Both the position numbers and the translations under genes were made by a program. Positions 19,038-27,644 of a stretch of 64,000 bases of DNA are shown in pieces; positions within the stretch are counted from its first letter, which is position 1; each line of letters starts with the position of its first letter. The DNA comes from Candidatus Ozemobacteraceae bacterium (GTDB lineage Bacteria; Muiribacteriota; Ozemobacteria; Ozemobacterales; Ozemobacteraceae): assembly GCA_965140445.1 (NCBI GenBank), contig OZ223236.1, positions 4,384,001 to 4,448,000 of the forward strand. The letters run 5' to 3'. The notes beneath the pieces were generated by a model. It saw only the letters and a program-made list of their open reading frames with translations. It did not search any database and was not told where the DNA came from.

Positions 19038-20618
19038 TCAGGGGCGAACTCTTCCTTTGAGTTCCTTGATCATTTCTTGAGCAATTACCCATTCCTGTGA
19101 TTTTTCAGGGGCTTTCCCCAGAATCTTATCAAACTGTAGCAAAGCCATTTTTCCCGCTTCCTGATCACCTTTTAAAAGCAAAAGGTCTGTATAGGAATTT
19201 GCGCTCTTCATCAGGAGTCTGATATTATCAGGATCTTTATCAAGTCCGGTTTTAAGAACAGCAATCGCATCAGCTTGTCTGCTTGAGCGACTCAGCTTAT
19301 CAGCTTCATCAATAATCTGGTCGACATTCATCCTTTTTAACAGGAATTCGCTAGGCTTTTGAACAACTTCTTGTCCACTTTCCTGGCCACTTGCAGCCAT
19401 TTCCCGAGCAGCGGCTGCGGCGGCAGCTTCTTCTTTGGCCAGTTTTTCCATTTCTTTTCTTTGAGCTAATTCAGCCTCGTATCTTTGCGTAATTCTTAAA
19501 GCTTCTTTTTCAAATAAAGAGTCTCCTGTTTTGCCATTTGACTTTTGCTGTTCGAGATAGCCTCGCATATCAAGAGCTGCAAGCTCAAGATTACCAGAAA
19601 CTGAAACAAGGAATCCGCGATAAAAAAGGCCATCCTCAATTCTATTTGGGCGATCTTTTAAAAAACCCAATCCCTTCTTTATCAGATCTCCCTCTGGTTC
19701 TGCAAGGAACTCCCGGTCAGCAATAACGCATCTGGCATAAAGTTCAATGGCTCTTTCAATTTTATTTTCTTCTAAAGCTTCCATGGCTTGATTAAAAATT
19801 GCTGCCACAGGACCTTTTCTTCTGGTTCTAACTTTTTCAGGTTTTTTCTTTTTACTTTCAATTAGTTTACTGGAAATTTTTTCGGGCTCAGGAGTTGCTT
19901 TGGCAACATCAACTTTTCTTGTGGTAGTCGGAGTAGCCTTTTGGGAAGGAACGACTTGAGTTTCTCCACCTCCGTAAGTATGAGGCTGGGAAGATGTTCC
20001 ATCAGCAATTAAAATTTTAGAATCTGGCATTGAAGGTAGCATGGGTACAGTGCCCGCTCCGCCCTCAGTGAGATTTCTTAATCTTTGCAAAGCCTGTGTA
20101 AATCCCGGATTTAAAGATAGAGCTCTTCCGTAGCTTTCTCTGGCTTCCTGCATCAATCCCATTGATTCATAACAAAGTCCCATATTATAGGGTACCCAAT
20201 AAGAATCAGGATCAATCCTTTGGGCTTGCTGATAACAATGAATACTGTCTCTAAATTGGCCACTCTTTTTGTAAAGAATTCCTAGATTGTTGTATGCATG
20301 GAAGTTATTAGGATCAACTCTAAGTAGGGAAAAATAGGTTTCTACAGCTTTTATAAAATTATTCTGTAGACTATATTCCATAGCCAAATGTAACATGGCT
20401 TCTTTGTCAGAAGGCTTCTCTATCAGCCTCTGTTGAAGCTGATAGATTTTGCCTGAATTTACTGCAGCATCAATTCCTGATGAATAAAAGGCCAGACAAA
20501 AACACACCGCAAGTATTTTCAACCTGCGGGGTTCTAATGTTTTAAAAATTAGTAAAACAAAGTCTGACTCAGCGAGCTTCGACCAGAAATTTAATTGCTG
20601 TTTTTTCGTTACCATCAA
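19038..20618 (-). CDS. Exported TPR protein (true start may be TTG at 20522, MKILAVCFCLAF...)
   Basis: TPRs (FHAYNNLGILY, WVPYNMGLCY, ALSLNPG); signal-like segment after residue ~33. Confidence 0.8.
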   Translation of the reverse strand: MMVTKKQQLNFWSKLAESDFVLLIFKTLEPRRLKILAVCFCLAFYSSGIDAAVNSGKIYQLQQRLIEKPSDKEAMLHLAMEYSLQNNFIKAVETYFSLLRVDPNNFHAYNNLGILYKKSGQFRDSIHCYQQAQRIDPDSYWVPYNMGLCYESMGLMQEARESYGRALSLNPGFTQALQRLRNLTEGGAGTVPMLPSMPDSKILIADGTSSQPHTYGGGETQVVPSQKATPTTTRKVDVAKATPEPEKISSKLIESKKKKPEKVRTRRKGPVAAIFNQAMEALEENKIERAIELYARCVIADREFLAEPEGDLIKKGLGFLKDRPNRIEDGLFYRGFLVSVSGNLELAALDMRGYLEQQKSNGKTGDSLFEKEALRITQRYEAELAQRKEMEKLAKEEAAAAAAAREMAASGQESGQEVVQKPSEFLLKRMNVDQIIDEADKLSRSSRQADAIAVLKTGLDKDPDNIRLLMKSANSYTDLLLLKGDQEAGKMALLQFDKILGKAPEKSQEWVIAQEMIKELKGRVRP

Positions 20619-20829
20619 TATCTATTTTTGCAAATGCTATAAGGGTTATCAGTTCAATCCCCTTGGGTGCTACGTATCCACGAGTTACCGCTATTGATTT
20701 TACAGCCTGATTAACTGCACCGGCGCCGACTGCAAGCAGCTCAACCTGCTTATCTTGCTCAAGAACTGCTGCTATTGCACCAGCAACCGATTTAGGGTTA
20801 GAAGATGATGCGACTCTAAGTATTTCCAT
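20569..20829 (-). CDS. spoVS: SpoVS-family (Alba-fold) protein
   Basis: MEILRVASSSNPKSVAGAIA...AVGAGAVNQAVKSIA...TAIKF is the typical SpoVS sequence; SD GAGG. Confidence 0.92.
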   Translation of the reverse strand: MEILRVASSSNPKSVAGAIAAVLEQDKQVELLAVGAGAVNQAVKSIAVTRGYVAPKGIELITLIAFAKIDIDGNEKTAIKFLVEAR

Positions 20830-20936
20830 TGGGTGCCTCTCCTTGGTTCTTTAGTTTCCTTTGACCCTTTCCTAATCAAAATTATACTCATAAAAATACA
20901 ATTATTGCAAATCCAATTTCCAGTAAAACTAAAAAT

Positions 20937-20965
20937 AAAAAAGCCCCCTCTAAGAGGGGACTTTT
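20937..20965 (-). terminator. Rho-independent terminator after fabF
   Basis: Minus strand AAAAGTCCCCTC-tta-GAGGGGGCTTTTTT. Confidence 0.8.
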
Positions 20966-20978
20966 CTAACAAATTTAC

Positions 20979-22220
20979 TTAATCAACTCGGCCATAAAGA
21001 AGACTGGCATTTTGCCCGCCAAAGCCAAATGAGTTAACAATTCCACATTCAATTTTGCGCTCTTTTGCTTTCAAAGGAGTAAGATCAAGGTCAAGAAGCT
21101 CATCATCAATGTTTTCAAGATTTACTGTTGGATGAACAAAATTGCCCTTCATCTGCATTATTGTGGCAACAGAACCTAGTGCTCCTGCCGCGCCAAGCAA
21201 ATGACCAACCATTGATTTGGTAGAGTTTATTGAAACATCTCCAATTTTGTCTCCGAATACTCTTCTAACGGCTTTCATTTCAGCAAGATCACCTATTGGA
21301 GTGCTTGTACCATGAGCGTTCAAATAATTAATCCTGGAAACATCCGTTTTGTTCATGTTTATGGCTTTTGACATTGCTGCGAATCCACCATCTCCATCAG
21401 GATGTGGAGCTGTCAAATGGTAAGCATCTGCGCTTGCCCCATAACCCAGGACTTCAGCATGCAGTTTAACTCCACGCCTTTTCGCGCTTTCTTCGCTTTC
21501 GATTACCATTACTGCAGAGCCTTCGCCCATAACAAAGCCATCTCTGTTCTTATCAAAAGGTCTTGAAGCTCTTTCAGGTTCATCGTTGCGCGTAGAGAGA
21601 GCTTTCATTTTCGCAAAGCCAGCAACTGTTAAAGGGGTAATAGCAGATTCTGCACCGCCGCAGATCATAATGTCTACTTCACCGCTTAATATTTTTAGAT
21701 ATGCTTCACCAATTCCGTGTAAACCTGAAGCACAGGCTGAAACAACACAAAAATTGGGGCCTTTAAAATTATAGGCCATTGCAATACAACCTGCTGAAAT
21801 ATTACAAATCATCATTGGAACAAGAAAAGGGCTTACTCTTGATGGGCCAGAGGCCAAAATATTATCATATTCTTTTTCAAAAGTATGAATTCCACCAATT
21901 CCTGTAGAAACAAGAACACCGGCTTTATCTGGATCAAAATCTCCGCCCTTATCAAGGCCTGCGTCTTCTATAGCCATTTTAGCAGCTGCCATTGCAAGCT
22001 GAGAATATCTATCGTGTCTCCTTGCTTCCTTTTTAGGAAGATAGAGTTCAGGGTCAAAGTCCTTAACTTCTCCAGCAATTTGTACACTATGTTTGCTAGC
22101 GTCAAATGCTGTAATTGGACCGATCCCGCTTTTGCCATTTCTGAGATTTTCAGTGAAGCTGTCAATCCCTATCCCTATTGGGGTTACAGCCCCCAGCCCA
22201 GTAACAAAAACGCGTTTCAT
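20979..22220 (-). CDS. fabF: Beta-ketoacyl-ACP synthase II
   Basis: RVFVTGLG, SACASG (Cys), NAHGTST, KSMVGHLLGAAG and NSFGFGG motifs. Confidence 0.96.
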   Translation of the reverse strand: MKRVFVTGLGAVTPIGIGIDSFTENLRNGKSGIGPITAFDASKHSVQIAGEVKDFDPELYLPKKEARRHDRYSQLAMAAAKMAIEDAGLDKGGDFDPDKAGVLVSTGIGGIHTFEKEYDNILASGPSRVSPFLVPMMICNISAGCIAMAYNFKGPNFCVVSACASGLHGIGEAYLKILSGEVDIMICGGAESAITPLTVAGFAKMKALSTRNDEPERASRPFDKNRDGFVMGEGSAVMVIESEESAKRRGVKLHAEVLGYGASADAYHLTAPHPDGDGGFAAMSKAINMNKTDVSRINYLNAHGTSTPIGDLAEMKAVRRVFGDKIGDVSINSTKSMVGHLLGAAGALGSVATIMQMKGNFVHPTVNLENIDDELLDLDLTPLKAKERKIECGIVNSFGFGGQNASLLYGRVD

Positions 22221-22255
22221 TAAACTGGCCCTCCTTGTGAAATCTTTTGTGAATT

Positions 22256-22333
22256 AAAAAAGGTTGTATCAGAATTTTCCGATTTCAGCAAGCTCTAAAA
22301 AAGCCAACCAATTTGGAAAATTATAATACAACC
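22256..22333 (-). promoter_or_regulatory. Long imperfect stem-loop with U tract upstream of fabF
   Basis: GGTTGTAT (22262-69)/ATACAACC (22326-33) and AATTTTCC (22273-80)/GGAAAATT (22315-22); U6 follows on the minus strand. Confidence 0.45.
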
Positions 22334-22345
22334 CTTCAAATTCAG

Positions 22346-23299
22346 CTATTCTTTTGGCTCAAGACCATCAAAAAACATATGGAAAATATCTTTAACAGAT
22401 AAGATTTCCTTTATCTTGTGGACACCTTCGCCTGCAAAAACCAATCCCTTATCAAGATCTCCTTTGCTAGCTGAAATAAGAGCCTGGATAATGCAAAACC
22501 GTCTTGAACACTTTTTCAAGCATCCTCCACAGTTCTTAACTCTATCGTCGCCCAGAGCATCCACATTCTCAGTAAATGGTGTGGGAAGTGAATTTCCCGG
22601 TAACCCAACAGGACTATTTATTCTGAAAACATCTCCCTCTTCAGCCTTTAGATAAGTCTGATAAAAAGGTTCTGTGACGTTAGCTTCAAAGCTGGCGGCA
22701 AATCTGGTACCACATTGAATGCCGTCTACTCCAAACTCAAAGGTAGATATCAAATCTTCCCTGGTGTAAACTCCACCAGCAAGAATAACTGGAATATCTA
22801 CACTTGCTTTTACTTCAGGATAAATATCTCGGGCAAGTCGATCCGAGCCGATATGCCCTCCTGCTTCACTTCCCTCTACAATTACTGCCGAAGCGCCTAG
22901 TTTTTCTGAAAGAATTGCGACCCTTCCGCTAGAAACAATTGGTACCACTGGTACGTCATTGGCGCGGCCAAGTTCAAAAATATCCTTAGAAAAACCAGCT
23001 CCTGCTACAAGCACGTCAATTCCTTCTTCAACTGCAGCACGCATTACAGAAGTAAAACAGCTTGCGGCAACCATGGTATTTATACCCACAATTCCGCCAT
23101 TTGCGATTTCTCTTGCCACACGGATCTGGGCTCGAATATCTTCAGCGTCAGTGCCAGAGCCGGCGATAAGACCTATGCCGCCCTCTCTTGCAACAGCTCC
23201 TGCGAGCTCTCCTGTAGACACTCTAATCGCCATCCCACCTTGAATAAGCGGGAACCTCGGCCGTAATTTGCCAATTTTAAGGCGTGGCAATATTTTCAC
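22346..23299 (-). CDS. FabK/nitronate monooxygenase-family flavoprotein with Cys cluster (FabX-like)
   Basis: PLIQGGM, EGSEAGGH and GIQCGTRF motifs; C-terminal CGGCLKKCSRRFC. Confidence 0.8.
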   Translation of the reverse strand: MKILPRLKIGKLRPRFPLIQGGMAIRVSTGELAGAVAREGGIGLIAGSGTDAEDIRAQIRVAREIANGGIVGINTMVAASCFTSVMRAAVEEGIDVLVAGAGFSKDIFELGRANDVPVVPIVSSGRVAILSEKLGASAVIVEGSEAGGHIGSDRLARDIYPEVKASVDIPVILAGGVYTREDLISTFEFGVDGIQCGTRFAASFEANVTEPFYQTYLKAEEGDVFRINSPVGLPGNSLPTPFTENVDALGDDRVKNCGGCLKKCSRRFCIIQALISASKGDLDKGLVFAGEGVHKIKEILSVKDIFHMFFDGLEPKE

Positions 23300-23356
23300 T
23301 TAAGATCTCCAACAGTTGAAAATGGCTTTTGGCCTGTAATCTTTGATTTTTAGAAA

Positions 23357-23593
23357 CTAGCCTTTTTTTGCAGTAACGTAATCAACTGCATCTTTAACTG
23401 TTCTAAGCTTTTCTGCGTCTTCATCTGGAATTTCAATTTCAAAATGTTCTTCGAGATCCATTACAAGTTCTACAGTATCAAGGCTGTCTGCGCCAAGATC
23501 TTCAATGAAGCTAGCTTCAAGAGTAACTTGTTTTTCATCGACCTGGAGTTTTTCCACTACGATTCTTTTAATTTCTTCAAAATAATTGCTCAT
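23357..23593 (-). CDS. acpP: Acyl carrier protein
   Basis: [15 protein letters not shown] phosphopantetheine site; SD AGGAGG. Confidence 0.97.
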   Translation of the reverse strand: MSNYFEEIKRIVVEKLQVDEKQVTLEASFIEDLGADSLDTVELVMDLEEHFEIEIPDEDAEKLRTVKDAVDYVTAKKG

Positions 23594-23623
23594 TATAAAT
23601 TTTCCTCCTGAGTTTTAAGCCGA

Positions 23624-24382
23624 TCAGGCCATTACCATGCCACCATCGACTGTTAATACCTGACCAGTGATGTAAGATGCTTTATTAGATGCTAGGAAAG
23701 ACACTGCATTTGCAACATCTCTCGGATTTCCGAATGTATTCATAGGAATCTGGGCCAACATTTGATCTTTAACATTATCAGTTAGAACATCTGTCATATC
23801 AGATTTAATGAATCCAGGGGCGATCGCATTGGAACGAATACCTTTGCGACCAAATTCTTTAGCAAAACTTTTAGTAAAACCAATAATACCTGCTTTACTA
23901 GCAGCATAATTGGCCTGCCCTGCGTTACCCATAAGGCCAATCACAGAAGCAATATTTATTACGGAGCCGCCCTTTTGTTTAAGCATTGGCCTAACAACCG
24001 CTTTTGACATAAGGAAAGTTCCTTTTAAATTGATTTTAAGCACCAGATCCCATTGATCTTCACTCATTCTCATCAAAAGGCCGTCACGAGTAATACCGGC
24101 GTTATTAACAAGAACATCAATTCTTCCAAGTTCTTTAATTGTTTCTGATACAAGTCGATCTGCATCTTCTGCACTCGACACATCAGCTTTACAAATTCCA
24201 ACCTTGTAACCTTTTGAGCCAAGCTCCTCTTTTGCCTTTTGCAGGCCTTCCTCATTAACGTCTGAGAGCATCACGGCATAGCCATCTTCACACATAACTC
24301 TGGCTATCTCAAAACCGATGCCTCGAGCAGAACCCGTTACGATTGCTACTTTCTCAGCACTATTTTCCTGATTTTTTTCCAT
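23624..24382 (-). CDS. fabG: 3-oxoacyl-ACP reductase
   Basis: TGSARGIG, NNAGITRD and NYAASKAG motifs; adjacent to acpP. Confidence 0.95.
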   Translation of the reverse strand: MEKNQENSAEKVAIVTGSARGIGFEIARVMCEDGYAVMLSDVNEEGLQKAKEELGSKGYKVGICKADVSSAEDADRLVSETIKELGRIDVLVNNAGITRDGLLMRMSEDQWDLVLKINLKGTFLMSKAVVRPMLKQKGGSVINIASVIGLMGNAGQANYAASKAGIIGFTKSFAKEFGRKGIRSNAIAPGFIKSDMTDVLTDNVKDQMLAQIPMNTFGNPRDVANAVSFLASNKASYITGQVLTVDGGMVMA

Positions 24383-24542
24383 TGTAACCTCAAATTCTTT
24401 TTTTAGAAACGAAGTCGCTGTTAATACCGCTTTTTATACCCGGTTGTCAAGTCAAAGACAAAAACAATAGCAAAGTTTGCAATAAAAGCTACTTTAGCCT
24501 TCATTTTTTTGTGGGTATAAGTAATCTAACAGGAACTTGCTA

Positions 24543-25496
24543 TCACCTTGAAGCTGGTCTGAATCCCTGCAGTCTCTCAAAGGCAGAATAGTAATCTTCC
24601 TCAAGACTTTGGAGAATCTCGGCTGCAGTTTCTTCCTTTTTAAGCAAACCGCTAATCTGACCCGCCATAACAGAACCTTCAGTAGTATCGCCATCAATAG
24701 CGGATAGTTTTAATCTACCGCGTCCCATTTCTTCAAGTTCTTCAACCGAAGCTCCTGCATATTCTTTTTCGAGAAAATGCTTAGTCAGCTTATTCCTGAT
24801 AACTCTAACAGGATGCCCGGTTTTCACACCAGTCATGACAGTATCACGATCTTTTGCCTTTAAAACCGCTTCTTTATAATTTTTATGAGCATGGCATTCT
24901 TTTGCCAGAATAAAACGTGTGCCCATCTGAACAGCGTCTGCGCCAAGTGCAAAAGCTGCTGCAATACCACGGCCATCAGCAATTCCACCAGCTGCAATAA
25001 CAGGAATATCAACAGCATCTGCAATCTGAGGGATTAAAACCATAGTAGTGATCTCACCAACATGTCCACCAGATTCATGGCCTTCTGCAATTACTGCGTC
25101 GACTCCAGCTCTTTCAAGCCTTTTTGCAAGCGCAACAGAAGAAACAACAGGAATAACTTTGATTCCATGCTCTTTAAACCTTTTGACAAAAGGTCCAGGA
25201 TTTCCTGCACCAGTTGTAACTACTGGAACTTTTTCTTCAATACAAACTTCTACAACTCCAGGCGCCGTAGGCATCATTAACATGATATTCACGCCAAAAG
25301 GTTTACTGGTAAGAGATTTGATTTTCCTGATCTCCTGTGCAACCATCTCAGGTTCCATAGATCCTGCGCCAAGTACACCTAAGCCACCAGCTTCGCTGAC
25401 AGCGGCAACAAGATTAGCAGAACTAACCCAAGCCATTCCACCCTGGAAAATTGGATATTCAACTCCCAACAGTTTAGTTACTCTTGTTTCTATCAT
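24543..25496 (-). CDS. fabK: Enoyl-ACP reductase FabK
   Basis: YPIFQGGMAWV, EGHESGGHVG, AAGGIADGRG and VMAGQISG motifs. Confidence 0.92.
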   Translation of the reverse strand: MIETRVTKLLGVEYPIFQGGMAWVSSANLVAAVSEAGGLGVLGAGSMEPEMVAQEIRKIKSLTSKPFGVNIMLMMPTAPGVVEVCIEEKVPVVTTGAGNPGPFVKRFKEHGIKVIPVVSSVALAKRLERAGVDAVIAEGHESGGHVGEITTMVLIPQIADAVDIPVIAAGGIADGRGIAAAFALGADAVQMGTRFILAKECHAHKNYKEAVLKAKDRDTVMTGVKTGHPVRVIRNKLTKHFLEKEYAGASVEELEEMGRGRLKLSAIDGDTTEGSVMAGQISGLLKKEETAAEILQSLEEDYYSAFERLQGFRPASR

Positions 25497-25576
25497 AACT
25501 TCAGAGGTTCTCCCGTTGTTATTATCTTTATGGAATAAATTATAGCTGCCTGTAAGAAAACAAAAAAAGCAAAAAC

Positions 25577-26581
25577 TTACGCTTTTGCTTTTTTAGAATT
25601 TTCTTCTTTAACTCTGCTTTCAATTAACCCAATAACATTATTTTCAGCATATTTTTCGGCTAACCTAATTGCATTGGCTATTACAGGAGCCTTTGATTTA
25701 CCGTGGCAAACCACCGAGACACCATTTATTCCGAGTAAGGGCGCTCCGCTGTATTCGGGAGCGTCAGGGCTAAATCTTCTTAAACCAGATTTTAGGCCCA
25801 TCATGGCGTCTTCTGGCAAACCAATTCCCATGGCTGCCTTAAAAAGTGCGCCTTGAATAAGTTCTGAAATACTTTCGCTAGCTTTAAGCAAAACATTTCC
25901 TACAAAACCATCACAAACAACCACATCAGCTTTTCCATAATAAAGGTGATCGGCTTCAATGTTTCCGATGAAATTTAAATCGCTGTTTTTAAGTATTTCA
26001 AAAACTGATTTTGTTAATTCGTTTCCTTTAGACTCTTCCTCGCCAATGCTGAGAATACCAACCGTGGGTCGGTCAACACCGCAAACCTTTTCATAGTAAG
26101 CGGCTCCCATTACAGCAAATTGAACAAGTTGCTGAGGTCTACAATCTACGTTTGCACCTACATCCAGGAGCAAAGCTCCACGATCTTTAGCAGTAGGCAA
26201 AAAAACAGAAATGGCAGGTCTTTCAATCCCAGGAATACGACCAATTTCCATTAAGGAAGCAGCCATTTGAGCACCAGTGCTTCCGGCTGAAACTAGCGCT
26301 GAAGCACGACCTTCCTTGACAAGACGAGCCGCCACCGCGATAGAAGCATTTCTCTTCTTGCGAAGAGCTTGCATTGGTGCTTCATCCATACCAATAACAT
26401 CTGAAGCATCGTGAATTTCACAATTCTCCGGAAGTTCTGGCAAGAATTCGCGGATGGCGGATTCTTTTCCTACCAAAATCAGGCCAGCCCCACCCTCTTT
26501 GAGGTATTGGCTAGCGCCCAGAACGATCTCGCGGGGGGCTAAATCCCCGCCCATTACGTCAACAGCGATTTTCATTCGCAT
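25577..26581 (-). CDS. plsX: Phosphate acyltransferase PlsX
   Basis: IAVDVMGGD, SAGSTGA, LLDVGAN, VVVCDGFVGN and HGKS motifs. Confidence 0.95.
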   Translation of the reverse strand: MRMKIAVDVMGGDLAPREIVLGASQYLKEGGAGLILVGKESAIREFLPELPENCEIHDASDVIGMDEAPMQALRKKRNASIAVAARLVKEGRASALVSAGSTGAQMAASLMEIGRIPGIERPAISVFLPTAKDRGALLLDVGANVDCRPQQLVQFAVMGAAYYEKVCGVDRPTVGILSIGEEESKGNELTKSVFEILKNSDLNFIGNIEADHLYYGKADVVVCDGFVGNVLLKASESISELIQGALFKAAMGIGLPEDAMMGLKSGLRRFSPDAPEYSGAPLLGINGVSVVCHGKSKAPVIANAIRLAEKYAENNVIGLIESRVKEENSKKAKA

Positions 26582-26595
26582 TGCGCAACCAACGA

Positions 26596-26784
26596 TCAGG
26601 ATTTTTCTACGTCGAGAACCTTAACTTTCTTGCCGTAATAACCGCAAGAAGGGCACACTCTGTGAGCTCTTTTAGTTTCAAAGCACTGTGCGCATTTAGC
26701 TAATGCAACTGGCGCAGCCTTGTAGTGTGTACGTCTTTTTCTGGTTCTTAACTTGGAAACTCTATTTTTAGGACAGGCACCCAT
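26596..26784 (-). CDS. rpmF: 50S ribosomal protein L32 (Zn-ribbon type)
   Basis: Start moved to ATG 26784 (SD GGAGG); MGACPKNRVSKLRTRKRR...CAQC...HRVCPSCGYY. Confidence 0.95.
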   Translation of the reverse strand: MGACPKNRVSKLRTRKRRTHYKAAPVALAKCAQCFETKRAHRVCPSCGYYGKKVKVLDVEKS

Positions 26785-26818
26785 GTTATTTTCCTCCAGG
26801 ATTGAAATAAGTCCGTTG

Positions 26819-26847
26819 ATTATATCAGACAATTAGTTCTAAGTCAA
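26819..26847 (-). promoter_or_regulatory. Strong sigma70 promoter of the rpmF-plsX operon
   Basis: TTGACT, 17 nt, TATAAT with TGn extension. Confidence 0.8.
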
Positions 26848-26888
26848 TTCTTTAAGCGCTATTCAAATAGCTTTTGTGTACAAAAATT

Positions 26889-27644
26889 TTAGAGAGGTTT
26901 TGAAACAGGAATTCCGTTGTTTCTAGGAAATTTTTTCCCAACTTCTTTCTTTTTTTGAATAAGCATAAAGCCTCTGCTGAAAGGATATTCAGGAGGTTCT
27001 AATCTAAAAAAATCAATATTGGTTTTTCTAACACCCAGTTCTTTTAAAGCATTTCCTGCCTCTGCCAATTCTTCATCAAGTTTTGGGCCTTTGTAAAAAA
27101 GAGCATAACCACCAACTCTGATTAGAGGCATGCAATATTCTAACAAAATCCTTACAGACGCAAGAGCCCGGCAAACTACAACGTCCAACTTTTCCCTAAA
27201 ACGAACATCTCTCCCTAATTCTTCTGCCCTGGAATGGACAGTGGTAAGATTTTCTATCCCGGTTTGTTTAGCAATTCTTGAAACGAACTCTACTGACTTC
27301 TTTCTTGAATCAACTGCATAAAATCTGGAATTAGGAAGCATTATAGTGAGTGGTAAAACAGGAAAGCCGCCGCCTGTTCCAAGATCCAAGATATTTAGGT
27401 CACTTTTCCAAACCGGAATATTAAAAGTCATTGGTGCAATGCTATCTAAAATGTGCTTCATGGCAAAATCTTCATGCTCAAAAATTTTAGACACACTTGG
27501 ATACATCGGATCTGCCAACATATTCGAGCCTAAAAGGTTCAGTTTTTCAGCTTTTTCATCTGGCAAACTAATTTTTAGAGATTCAATTTGTTCAGTTATA
27601 AGTTTTATAAAATCCGGTTTAACTTGATTTTCGGTAGAATTCAT
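26889..27644 (-). CDS. rsmG: 16S rRNA m7G527 methyltransferase RsmG (GidB)
   Basis: KHILDS, LDLGTGGGFP, SRAEE, CRAL and YKG motifs; ATGA-coupled to mnmG. Confidence 0.93.
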   Translation of the reverse strand: MNSTENQVKPDFIKLITEQIESLKISLPDEKAEKLNLLGSNMLADPMYPSVSKIFEHEDFAMKHILDSIAPMTFNIPVWKSDLNILDLGTGGGFPVLPLTIMLPNSRFYAVDSRKKSVEFVSRIAKQTGIENLTTVHSRAEELGRDVRFREKLDVVVCRALASVRILLEYCMPLIRVGGYALFYKGPKLDEELAEAGNALKELGVRKTNIDFFRLEPPEYPFSRGFMLIQKKKEVGKKFPRNNGIPVSKPL

